A stretch of DNA of 63,438 nucleotides, the filler included, from Phoronis australis (lineage: Eukaryota; Animalia; Phoronida), in the NCBI GenBank assembly GCA_002633005.1. It is 6 parts of 6 records of this genome, joined end to end, with 100 filler letters (N's around TTAATTAATTAA, not from the genome) between each part and the next. Parts side by side here need not be neighbours in the genome. Positions count along the whole stretch, not along the records: positions 38,319 to 61,001 come from NMRA01000402.1; 5 more parts are not named here. One strand, written 5' to 3'. The notes beneath the pieces are model-generated. The model had not been told where the DNA came from. It did not search any database and saw nothing but the letters and a program-made list of their open reading frames with translations. This document shows, one piece after another, positions 39,101 through 52,300 of the stretch (the stretch's first letter is position 1; each line of letters opens with the position of its first letter). The position numbers and the translations under genes are program-made.

Positions 39101-42100
39101 GATCGATAAGTTTCATATCTAGAACTGGGGTTTTTTAAACTCTTAAAAGAGTTTACAGTAATCAACAATACCATTGTCGATCCTTGATTTAGGGTTCATT
39201 TTGTTTTAAACGGACTCTTAGTGAAGCGTTTGGGTTGTAGATCTTTTAATCATCAAGTCAGACATGACTTTTGCGGTAAGAATCCTGACCGGTTCGTAAC
39301 AAATCACGCCGGTAACAGGATAACTTCATGAGTACCGACTACATGCAAACTCGCGTGATGAATCACTGAAGGCAATACTCGCGCTCGAACGTCATAACCA
39401 CCCATTCCTCTCTCTCACTTGGCTTCATCCACCGATCTTTACAGATTTTTTATGTACAGAGATATTCTGAACGCTGATGCAGACCTTACTGGCATAGAAG
39501 TTGTGCACGTGACTTTTCCTGTGAAGAAACGGCAACGATTTTCTCGTGATGAGCCGAATGGAAATTAAAACCCGCCACAGTAGGTAGTCGGCAAGGGGAA
39601 ACCTCACCCGTTTGGAAAAAAAAGGTCGATTTAAGAAGGACCCATTTGTTGGGACCGTCTACGAAAAATTTATCCCTTTCTTCGCACCATAAAGTAACCC
39701 TTTTGTAGAAATTTAAACCCTGGTGAAGGATTATGAATTGAATTCAATTGAATACTCAGACCATAGAGCAGTATGCTTTTTATCACAACAAACCTCCATG
39801 AAATACGCAACCTTTCTCTACAGGTCATTTGTACACTAAAATGGAAACCTTTGTCGACATAACAACCCCCCACACGAACCGTCTCGTAGACAATTTAATC
39901 CGAAGGTTGGCAATGGAAAAAATCCCATCTGAACCGAGTCAATACACAAGACTAGGCAATACGCAGCGTTCACTTGGCTGAGAGAGTTATGTCACCAACC
40001 AATCAATACAGAGTCATTAGACTAATCTACTTCGCAGAGCATTTATTAACAATTACGATTATTTGTGGTCTCTGTAATTTAGTGCTATCCCGAGTTTGCA
40101 GATGGAAATTGCCAAAGTTCAATGACCCCTTGTCGGTTCAGTCCTGGGCCGCCTCTTTTTGAGCGACGGTGACATTCGACTTCAGCTAGGAACGCTCTCT
40201 TACTCGTTCTTAGATAGCAGACATAACTGGGCGAGTGAGAGACGCGTGGTTGAATTCCTGTCACTTTTCTAAACAGACCAACGTTACACGTTGGGCGTAC
40301 ACCTTGGCAGGTGACATCCGGGGTACTAACGGGTCGTAGACACATCAGCGTAGTCAAGAAGATCGCACGTGGATACAGTGGCGTTTCCTGGCCGTCTGGG
40401 CCTGACCACTTACGCTCTGTGCATGTTATAGAATTTCATTTTCTGACGAAATAACAAAGCCTCAGTTCTGCCCTAGCCAAGAGATCATTTCCATACATGC
40501 AGCTCTTGGAATAAGACAAGACCAGTTGCATGCCTGTAAAAGTCTTAAACCAAAATTTGTTTTTTAAACGTAAAACGTAGGTCTGAAAACGCTTAATTTT
40601 TTTAAAACACAACAACACTCATTCAATCACGAATTGGTTACAATTGACGAATCGGCCCGTAAGTCAAACCATAGGCAAAGCGTGCACCTTCATTTTGAAA
40701 TTGGCAATTATGATTGGTGAATCCCAAAAATCAGTGTTTGGAGCGCTTTTTGCATAGCTGATGATTTAGACATATTCTTGTAGGTAACAGAAATCGATTC
40801 CTATCGCAGAGACAAATATCATGAGGTCGATTTCAAGTTCAATTCAATTTTTTGTTTCACGGAAGCTATGGAAATTTTCAGTTTTATAGATTGAAGAAAA
40901 AATATAAAAAATTTTGAAAAGATCTGACAGCCACTTAATTGGAAAACTTGATGCTTCCATCATGGCAAGACACTAGTCGGTACTGATTACTTTGTATATG
41001 TACATGATAGAGATAGAGACATGCTCGGTTGGAGAAAATTAACATGTCATTGTAGACGCAAGAATCTCGCAAACGATCGAGATAGTGATTTCACGTGTTC
41101 GCTTATAACTTTAATAAAAGTCGTTGTCTTGCGTTCTCCCGGTGTTCTCGAGTTCACGGAACGAATGTCTTCATTGTCATGCAAGAGTATTATACATGTA
41201 CGTGCTTACAAAACTGATTTGTGAAGGTGTCACTCTATAAGTGACATACTGGTTGCGTAAAAGCCGCTTGGATTTGGGTGTAACCCTCCCAAGGTGGTCA
41301 CTGAATATGACCACCACCTCTTGACCATTGTACCTGTTTGCTGGTCAAATAACTTTTCATTTCGGTCACTATTAATCTGCAAACACAACAAAGGTTTTAT
41401 TGTAACACGACCAACAAAGGAAGTGGGTGGATGAATGTCAATGCGCCGTGTAGTCACAAGAGCGGCTGAGGGTTATTAGCGATAAACCATCAATTATTCG
41501 TTGAGCGAAATCCGAAAAAAAGACTTTGATTTCGTTTCGAAATTAGCTACCTCAAAAAGAATTGTTGTGACCGGGGTAGATAATTAATATATTGTCTCTA
41601 TGCTTGTGTTGTCACCGATAGGTCGCGGAGTGGGATTCTATCCATATGCAAGCACCGGCCGCTCGACGCCATACATGTAGTTAACACCGAGGTGAGCCAG
41701 TGATCAGATATGCTTTGTGCATTTTGAACTGTTTCGACAAAATGCTGAGTAGGGGAAAGTCCAAACCTGAATATAACTTAAATACAGAGTATCTCAAACA
41801 TATAATGACACTTAGACCAATAAAATTCCTAAAGTCATTTCACATTCAGTTCGTGTGGATCAGTCTACGCGTACATGACGTTCTGTACGTTTACACCATG
41901 CCGTGGAAATGGGGGTGTGAACCACTGCTCGCTCTGTAAACATGAATGATTGGTAAAAACGACTTAGTTTTGGGACAATACCAAGGCAGTAATTGCAAAG
42001 ACAATCAATAATCCATGCATATTCTTTTACACGAACTTACTGTGAATTTATAGCTGTAATCTAATAAAACAAACAACTCATGGCAGTAGACAGAACACAG

Positions 42101-43317
42101 CAACTTAAAGGTGCAATCAATAAGACGCTGACTTAATAATTTATTCACACAACAGAATAATTGCTGAAACAAACGGTGCAAGATTATTGTTGCTGAATCC
42201 ATCCTTAGGTGGAAAGACATATTTCAACAAATGATCAACTCCGGAACTTTGCGTACTAACAGTGAGGGATGCAAAATATTTTAAGTGGGATAACCGCGAT
42301 TTTGGAAAGCTTCACGATGACCTGACCTTCCACGTAACCATGGATACAACAAGTACCGACATCTCCCGGGTCGTTCCCGGTCCGATAAAGAGCAAAAGCT
42401 TGGGAACTTTGATGACTAGAGCTTTTCTGGTACAAATAATGGAAACGTTGTAATGCCTGTTGGTTGCTATTAAGGGTTGCTAATCCAGAAATCAACTAAG
42501 GGTACCAGAGGTAACTGGCTCCCCTAAGGCACACCCGGAAGTTCCTCCCGCGCATTATGAAAGAAGCTGGTCACACGTGTCCATTTGGTTGTTAAACGCA
42601 AAACTGAATCCGAATTAAATAACAAACCAATGTAGTTGTCATATCACCCACCATTACGCACAAAACACTGAGGGACGCACTACAGGGCTTGGGTTATTAC
42701 AGGTCATCGTGATTTATCATGACTGTGTTTGGTTTCATTCACTGAACTTCAATTTTCCTCATATCTTCGTTTTACAAGGGGACGTACTATGCACTCAAAT
42801 CGATGGGACGCATTTCAATTCCTGACTCCCCGAGCAACGAACCTCGGATTTGGTCGTCGGGCTGTGAATGGCATAGCTTCTCTTTTCTTCCGCATATCTA
42901 GTAACGATACAGAAATAACTCGAGGATGTAATACTTGAGCGTACCTATTATACTTCTGTTCCCTGACGTCACCAAGGTGTGTTCAAACCCATTGATCAAA
43001 GCTCAGCCAATCTGTCCTAATATTCGCCCTCCATTGTTCGCTCGTTAACCTATGCAGCGGGTACACAAAGGACGCAATTTTAAGGGAACATAAAAATGGC
43101 GCACTACAAAGGCAGTCTTGGCACAGTGCTCTATGATTTGTTTATCCTACCCTTATTTCTTGGTAACACATCTATTGTAACACCGTATTCGTGACTATAC
43201 TCAGGCTGATTCATCGTTTGAATAGCGCATCACATCTTCAGAACAAAAAAGTGTTCAGTTAATATAAACGAGAAAACGTATAACATGCGTACACAACATT
43301 GGAATCACTCTTACAGG

Positions 43318-46300
43318 ATGCTCCCGACTGTTCCTACATATCAGCTGCTATTTCTGCTGTCGTCATTTGCGGTATCACGGACCCAGAAGTTACCGCACGT
43401 TGTGAAGCCACAAGACCCAGGTAAAAGTAGATATCTTCTTTGTTCAACAGGTCATGTTTAAAAATACATGTACATGTATTGTACTATGCCTAGTGAAAAG
43501 TTCGATATATCTAACATTAATGCGTATCAGAAAACAGCAACGAGCAACGGGAAGTCTTTCTCTGTACATTTTTGGCCGGGGCTGCAGCTGGAACTCTAAA
43601 CTACACACGAATTTTGAGAGTGAAGCCGGAAAAGAGGACCTAGTTTTAGGAACATCCATGAAAGTCACCTTTTTGAGCTTTATTCAAGAAACACCTCGTT
43701 TTTGGAGGGCCAAATTAAGTAAACCTCTTTGTGGATTCTGGAAAGCGGTCGTTTAATCTAATTTACTCCCGTAAACTGAAGCCAATAGAATTTTAGCTCA
43801 AGAAGATGTTCGTTGACGAAATTTGGAGAAAATCGTTTGGAACGATCACTGGTATGGCGAGAAACGAGAAAAAAAACCCCGACGCATGAAACAATAAATC
43901 ATTCGAAAATTAGTCAGACTATTTCATATCAAAATCTCAGAGATTTTAATGAAGGGAATATTTCGCGAACGTTTTTTACTCTAAGGGTCAAAGTCGCAGA
44001 GAGGAGGCGAGTCAACCTTAAGCGACTGGTTCCCAGTACACCTCGTGTGACGTTAGGCGACTACAAAGTGGGATGGGTAGTTAACGGAGCGTATCAAAAA
44101 TAGTGCGCATAAATTCCGATACAAATGGGCTAGTTGGTGCAGCTTCAATTTCTTTTTAGGCAAATTAAAATCCTGCACCGATGCGTAGACCCCCGGCCTG
44201 GTCGTTATACATGTAAAGCATTTTTATGAGTGCCACTTTTTAAGATTTAGAGCCCAACCGGCTTAGTATTACTTTTTTGCTATGACAATAGTAATAGCGT
44301 GATGAGAGTTAAAATTCAGTATACGTGTTTTATTCATACAGGAGTCCGTGATCTGAAACCATGCTACTAAACATCTATTTTCAGAATATGACCTCATAGC
44401 GTTTGTCAACGAAGAAATTTCACTGGCAGACGACCAAATTTTTGTCAACCTCTCGTCGATCTCGCATGATGTGAATCTTAAGTTAACGCGCACTGTCAAC
44501 GTTGGTTCACACGTGCCCGTTTACACGTCGAAAGATGGTGTTCACATCGAGCGGAGAGCTGACATTCCAGATTTTAAGGTAAATCGTGGATGGATTTAGG
44601 GGAGGTGCAAGGAGTAGGGAACTTGGCCCTATCTCTGCAACAGCCTAGATCCGCCAGTGTACACAGTAGATTGTGCCATTCATGAATTCACGGGTGTGGT
44701 GTTATAACCACGACAATAAGGTACGCCCGAGTGCAACGCACAAGTTCCCAAAAGAACACGTATTTGGCTACGCGTAAATTTATTTTCCATTACTAATCAG
44801 AAACGGTTAGTTAGATTTCTGGGAAGTGAAATCATCTTCTGTGCGTTAAGATTAAAACTTGTTTTCATGAACTTCGATGACGCACCTCTTTTACTGCAGG
44901 ATATGGCATTTTATCATGACGTTCAAAATGGCGCAGCGCTGTCCATCAGGAAGTCCGTTGATAACAAGGGGCGATCAGTTAGAAATATAGTAAGTATGAC
45001 ATTTGATTGAAAGATGTAATTTAACCTATGTCTTGTCCTGAATCTATACAATGGTCTCAAATCCTGAAGCGTATTCCATTTTCTGTCGTGGAGAACTTGA
45101 ATGTGAACGAAGTGGTTATGTACAGCGGTGTGCTTTTGTTATAGGAAGGAACGATACTTTATAAAGGTGAAGAACATATAATTCAGCCAGCCTCTATTGA
45201 GCACATCCGTCACAAGCGAAGCTTGCATGGAATTTCAGGCGAAGTAGACGACGTCGACTATCATATCCTGGCGAAAGTAAAGAGACGAGAGGGACAGATT
45301 TACGATTACGGTGAGGCACGTGTGGAAGCCCACTTGAGAAGTGTAAAGTTGGGTGTTAGGCAGACGTGGCGCCACCTGCAGGTGTTAGGTCTGAGTCGTC
45401 ACCACCCTCCAGGGGAGTGGGTTCTAAAACAGATACATATTTTCGTGCACGAGAATTGTGTATTTGAAATAAATCTCATTTCCTTTTAAAAGTGTTTTCA
45501 AAAGAAAGTTATTGCATTCTTCTTTTATTGTAGTTACCGCTCAAGGTGGGCGTCTCTCCGTAAGAAGCAGTGCAAAAGGTAGTTCTGACAGTCGCGACCG
45601 TGAAAAACGATCTACACCTCAACAAAACACGATCGAATACTTTTTGGCCGTGGACTTCAATCTTTACAGCAGGTACATTACCCATATGTATTTTATCATC
45701 TCGAATATTTGAGCATGTCGTTGTTGGTAGAAGACTAAAAGGTCGTTCATTCATTTCGCGTACATTAAAATTCTTCAGTTTGGGACCCAATACAGCAAAA
45801 CGGCGGATTTTCATTTTGTCAAATTTCTTAACAAAATAACCTCACGGAAGAAGTTTCACATGTTTTTTGTCTAAAACCCATTACCAAAACATTAGGTAAA
45901 ATTTTGCAAAATATGGCAAGCCTCTGAAACTGGAAATATGGCAAGTTTAGGAATTGTTTTTGTCCAAAATTGAATAATTCTGCCGCCGTGCGTACAAGAG
46001 CGAAGACATCATGTAATAAATGTACGCATAGAATTGTGTAGCGACACTCACTTACTTGTGTACGCGGATGAATGCAGCCCGAGGATGGTCGATTACATAC
46101 ATCTCCTTTGCTATAGCACTGATACACATGATTACAATGACAGTTTCCTTGATTGAGATTCGCCAACGTGTTTGAGAAGAAAAGCCAACATTTACTATAA
46201 AGTGACAAGTTTGTGTATTCCTTCAAATTCGCATAAAGTTACATAAAAGTAAGTAAGTTACATGTAGTAAGTTAGTAAAAGTATTCTTACAGTCCTACAT

Positions 46301-49300
46301 TTAGGTTGGTTGTGATTGAGCGAAAAAGTTGCGTCCACCGAAACACGCACAACCATGTTGTTGGGTGGGCGGCTTGTACCCACCTTATGCTTAATTTGCA
46401 GCGTATTGTAAACAGAATCATCAATTCTATCACACTGTAAGACGTTGTCTTGATTACGGATGATTTGGCATTTTAGCTTTTTAGCCAGTGCCTCAGGATC
46501 AACATCCGGTGAAAAGGAGGCAAATGCGCTTGCTGACATCAAATACTACATGTGTCAATTGTCGAATGGGGTAAGATAAAACATTCTCTGGCAAATTAAC
46601 AAGAAGCTTGACGCTACTAAATACAAGTAAGCTTCTCTAATTTGCAGTTTAGTTTCAGCGGTATCCATCTTACGCTGTAGGCTATTTAGTACACACCACG
46701 GCCTGAGTTAAAGCAATGGCCACGTAACGTGTGCCAGCCTCGGTTATCGGGGTACTACAGTAAAGTATGTTTTATGTCATTTATTAGACCGTGTTACCGG
46801 GGTTGATTTGTTAAAATGAGCAAAGAGAAAGGTACGTTGGTGCCGTAACAACGGCGTGAAGGAGATGAGTACTGTTTGATTGTAGATGTTTAGATAAAGT
46901 CTCAAGAATAGTTATCTGAGTTATCGTTTATATAGCTTTCATATTATACAAATTTTGAGTTTTTCGTGAAAATCTTAAAAGTCATATTTTTTGGCCCCTT
47001 ATTCAATGGTGGAGCATTTGAACAACAATTCCGAACAGCATTCTGGACACCAGTATATAAAGCAGTGTATGAGATAGTTTAATATGAATCCGATAGGATG
47101 TATTACAGTTGAGTGAATTTACCGATTATTTCCAGGGACTTTTGTACACTTTTTAATATAACTAATGACGTTTTTATTAGTACAGGACCTTTTCTCAAAC
47201 AAAGTATTTACAATTATATCGATAGATTTTCTACACCAACATTGTAAATGTTGTACCGCAAGCGCGCACTTTATTAATAATACACACCGGAATGGCTCTG
47301 ATGACACTGCTCGTCTACACGTGATGGTAGACGAATCGGCATTGCAAACCTGCGTAGTAACGTTAGTGCCACGCTAGAAAAGCAAGATCTCGCGAGCTTC
47401 CGCCGAACTATGCCGTGTAGTTTCAATGAGAGCACTAAATTTGGCTACATTTTCTCTCCTCGAAACACTATTGAGCTTGAACAGACTCTACAATAACAGT
47501 GTTTACTTTCAGGTCGACATCAGATATCAAAGCATTCAACACGCGAGTTTCTCCTTTCGAGTACAACTGTCCTTCATTTACATAGCTCAGGTAGGAATAG
47601 GGTAGCGACGATCACTTTAATCAAATATTTCAAGGAAATTTTAAAATTCACTGTCATATTGAGGCATAAAATGTCTACGTGGCTATGGCATATTTGTGTG
47701 TCTAGGACCTCATGGAGCGTACCCTAATATCGGCAAGCATTTGCTTAACGTAGTTTATGAAAATACTGGGGTTCTAACTTGCATGTGATCTACGAACGCC
47801 ACTTTTATGTCAGTGGTAACTGTAACGATTCGCTCGTAGAAAACTGCTGTGGCGCCTTTGCAAAAACATGCTCATGACCGTCTTGCGACCGGTATTACGA
47901 CCTCTGACAAACTAATTGAGATTAGTGGGTTATACTTTTTCGGTATGTAGTTATTGATTAGCTATTTACATTTAGTTATCGTTCACTTCTCATAACTAGT
48001 TATATTTATCAGGTGTTTAGCAGAACAGAATAATTAAAAGAATATCTAGGTTTTTGGACAACTGGTGCAGTACCACCGTTACTCCCTTACGTTTGCTAAG
48101 GGCAAATAAAAGTTTACACCAGGTGGAGCTGGTGGCCTGCGCTACATTAGCGACCCTTTTCTTCTTCTCAGACAGCTCAAGCATCCTCGTTCACGGAGGA
48201 CTACAAGCAAAGCGGCACGCCTCGCCTCAAAATCCCTGCCTCCACATGTCTAACCGCCTTCCAAAACTGGGCCAAGACCAGCGTCGAGAGCGGATCAATC
48301 CCAAACTATGACCACGGTGCCTTAAATACAGGGTAAGGAGAGCACTCCCGAAAACATTGTATAACAGTTTTCAAACGGTCAAATGTTTTAAATGTATTAA
48401 TCGTGCCATAGCTCTGATCAGTGATGTTGACAAAGCCGAGTGTATATGGAGTAATAGTTAGTCCTGCAGCTCGCTCTACCTGCCAAGTTTAGCTGGCTAA
48501 AAGGAAAACCAATTTAGGCCACCTTTTACGCTGTTAAAGTCAGCCTCAACAATTTCCTAACCTTGGTGCGACTTGGTTTCCACTACAAAAACATACGCAC
48601 ATTAATCAAGTCTGGAAACATGTCAAAAATACTCAGTTTGATAGGGTCTGAGCAAGGACTCTCAGGTCAGTCCTGTGGTACGACAATTATCGCAGGTTCA
48701 ACTGTTGGTTTTGACTCTATACTTAACAGTGCGGAAAGCAGCTTTAATGCGTTTCATTTTGGTCAGCTACCGCCACAACGTGAGTGAAGATCTTGCCTTT
48801 GCCGACACGTATTGTGCTGAGAACTATGCATCTTTTGTACCCGAGTTCAAAAGCGCTGCAACTCAGACTTGTTTATTTCAGGTACGACTTAATAACTGCC
48901 AGTGGTTCCTCCAGTGTTGTGGGGTTGGCCACGACCCCTGGTGTCTGTAGCTCACTCGGTGGAACCTACGTCGGTCAATCTATCAACGAGGAACACGGAG
49001 CATTTGACAACATTGCAACCCTGGCCCATGAACTTGGTCACAGGTTGGAAAATTCACTAATACATAGATTTATGGACGCAATCTAATCTTGTTCTGAAAG
49101 CAAAGGTTAGCCTGATTATGTGGTTAAGCTAACCTTTGGAGTTTCATTGTTTATGCTTTGTTCGTTGTCCGATAGGTCTCCCAATAAGTTACGATCAGAT
49201 TTTCTCTTCATTTACTTACATGCAGAAAGCATATAATTGTTTTTGTTAAACTCATCTTCAAAGATGTCAGTAGTGAAACGTTGTAGCCACGCCTTTGACT

Positions 49301-52300
49301 CATTTACTGCTAACTTAATTATAGTCCGTACCATTGACGGACTTAAAGGGGGACAAGGAGGACATGCCCCCCTAAAACTCTCCCAGATTCCATTTGACGG
49401 TTCAAGGATGCGAATGTTTGGCAGGCAAAATCCTGGGTAATACTCTGCCCTGGACCCACTAAATAAAAATCCTGAATCCGCCCCTGCGTACGTTGATGTC
49501 AGACCATAGACTATCCTGTCTGAACACAGTTTCCATCTTGCTACAATTTTACGTCTAAACGTATGGTTTTTGGAACTGGCTTAATAGCACAAAATCTCTA
49601 ACTAGACGTCTGACTAAAACGTAGCGTTCCGGGTCGTGTTGTCAAAGCGTTGAATCTTTCACGAATGGAGCCACTTGGAAAACTTCTGGTATTTTCGAAG
49701 CGAACCTCAATCACTACAGCACTTGGATTTTTGCTGACAAACGGATTAAACATGATTCAGCATATAACAGGTCTCAAAAAACCACACGTGACGATCATTT
49801 GCAAGCCTTAAGTCTGACACACTAATTGTATAAAACACTTCCGAGGGATGATTTCATCAGGTTACGAAAACACCCGACGTAATAAAACAACCCAAGTGCT
49901 CGAAATGTAGGCCATCGTCGCTGTGCTGAGCTGTTTAGGTTGAGGTTCAGTTTCCCTCTAAAATAATGTTGCCTTATTACGCCAGAATTATTGCATATTG
50001 CAGTGAAGTGTACGAAATTGTACGTCATTCATATTTCAGTTTGAATGCCCAGCACGATGACCTGGGAACCAACGGTTGCAATCCCAGCCAGCAATTCATC
50101 ATGGCGCCCTCTGCCAGCGCTCCGTCAGACGCGACGCGCAATAACACATATCGCTTCTCCTCGTGTTCAATTAACGCCATGACGTCATACGTAACGTCCC
50201 TGAACAGGTACAGAAAAAGCCTCTGTTTCCTGAAACAATGTTACCAATCATTTAGATCTATTGGTGGTACTCTTTTATTGTCTACCTGTCTCACAGACAA
50301 TGAACTAATAAATTTTTACTATCGTAGCTTTGCCCTCGTGTATAGCATTGATACGGTGAGTTGTAACATGATGTTTTAAGGCAATACGTCTCCCTCTAGC
50401 CTAGAAACAGTTAACCTTCCGGCAATTGTTTTAGTTCGCCAAACCTTGGTGACTTAGTTTTAGTCGAACATTTTGTCAATTTGTGCTAGGCGTCATTCTT
50501 ATTATTACTGTCCACTGCACAAAACAAATTCGTCTGTCGCACGAAAGTTGGTTCATTTTCATTTGTTTACTCTATTCTAGTGACGGGAAAAACTGTATGC
50601 TGACAACGAGCGTAGTCTACAACAGAACTGAATTCGATAATTATCTCACTGTGATGCCTGGACAGCGGTATACTATCCACCAGCAGTGCAAACAGCTATA
50701 TGGCGACCAGTCGTACTACTGTGGGGTATGCTACGTGTATTTTAACGTATATGTACATAGTGTTATGATAAAAATATGAATTATCGATAGTGACACACAA
50801 CACAGCTATGCATGTAACAAGATCTACAGTACCGTGGTCTACTTTTCATCAAAAGAATCAGAATCTCAAAACGAGGTTTACTTAGTATAGTATTTAGCAC
50901 GCGGCATACCAAACCTTTTCTTGTGCGTTCAAGCAGTCTAAACACAATGACATACCTGATAACGTAACTGATAATGCAAACATCTTGAAGAATACACTGT
51001 ACGTTCTCAAGGTTAACTTGCGAGTGGGGCAAGGCCACGATTGAAATAAGCTACTATTGTGGCAATGAAGCACTCGAAACTAGCATAGCACCCAATGATT
51101 GTCGCTCAAGTGATTAGGTTGCTGGGTCAGAATCAAGGGGGGATCCAGCATTTTTAGTTAGTGGGGGCAGAGCAGAGTATTAGCCAGGATTTTGCCATCA
51201 GACATTCGCACCCCCGAACTGTCAAATGGAATGTGGGAAAGCTTTAGGGGGGCCATTGCCCCCTTCTAAATCCGCCACTGAGAATGTTCATGAAATATAT
51301 ACTAATATACTTGCAGGAGAAAGCTCCGCATTCTCCCAAGTATCCCATTCTTTAAAGAGTATTTTGTTTGTAGTGGTAGTCCTCAGGTGCGACTGGCGTG
51401 TGAGCTATTGTGTTTTTACTATTTTTTGCGCAGAAAATTCCTACATACGTAAATATATCTTTTCAGGGAGCAGATTCCGATGCTAAAATTTGTCAAAGTG
51501 TGTTCTGCTATTCCCCAACGGATCAGTCATGCATAAGACCAGGCGCTCTGGTCGCGGCCGATGGAACTACGTGTGGCAACAAGAAGGTACTAACAATCAC
51601 TGGCGATCTCACTTCACATTTGTTAGAAACTTAATTGGATTTATATGATTAGTGTATGTGCACGCGTTGCCGAAGCCACGGGGAGGGCAAGGGCAACACT
51701 GCCATGGCCTGTACATGCCATGGTCTGCACGTTCCATTGCAGGAAAGTCCGGTTTTTGCTGAAACTCGTTTCTGTTTCCCTTGGTTAAGTTTGCCTCTTT
51801 GTTCAATTCATGCGTAAATTGACTCGGGTTGCCATTGATTTCAGCCCCCCTCCCCGATGCCATCAAATTCGTATTCGCCCCCTGTTAATGTTTTCTGTCG
51901 ACGGCATTTTGTGCATGATTGTGCCACTGAACGTCGACAATGCATCGTATTTGCATTGTGTAAAAATATACTACTGGGTTATTAAGTGCATTTCTAGGAA
52001 CAAGGTTCATTTCCACGATCACCTTTTGCGTCAATTGTGTTCCATTAGCCGGTAATCAAAAAATCCATTCTAAATTGTTCGCGCCAAATTCATTGCCTAT
52101 GGTTGTTCAAGAAAACCAAAAACTTTTTTGTCTGATGTTAAAATTACCANTGAATTATCGATAGTGACACACAACACAGCTATGCATGTAACAAGATCCA
52201 CAGTACCGTGGTCTACTTTTCATTGAAAGAATCAGAATCTCAAAACCAGGTTTACTTAGTATAGTATTTAGCACGCGACATACCAAACCTTTTCTTGTGC

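Noticed and set aside
42262-42453. ORF with LHDDLTFHV resembling a protease prodomain segment
   Set aside because: No convincing splice context, and it lies upstream of the signal-peptide exon.
34073-43420. Fusion of the SUEL-Sushi exons to the protease through the AG just before its ATG
   Set aside because: A phase-1 join at 43317 is out of frame and hits TGA within the exon; that acceptor more likely follows a 5'UTR exon.
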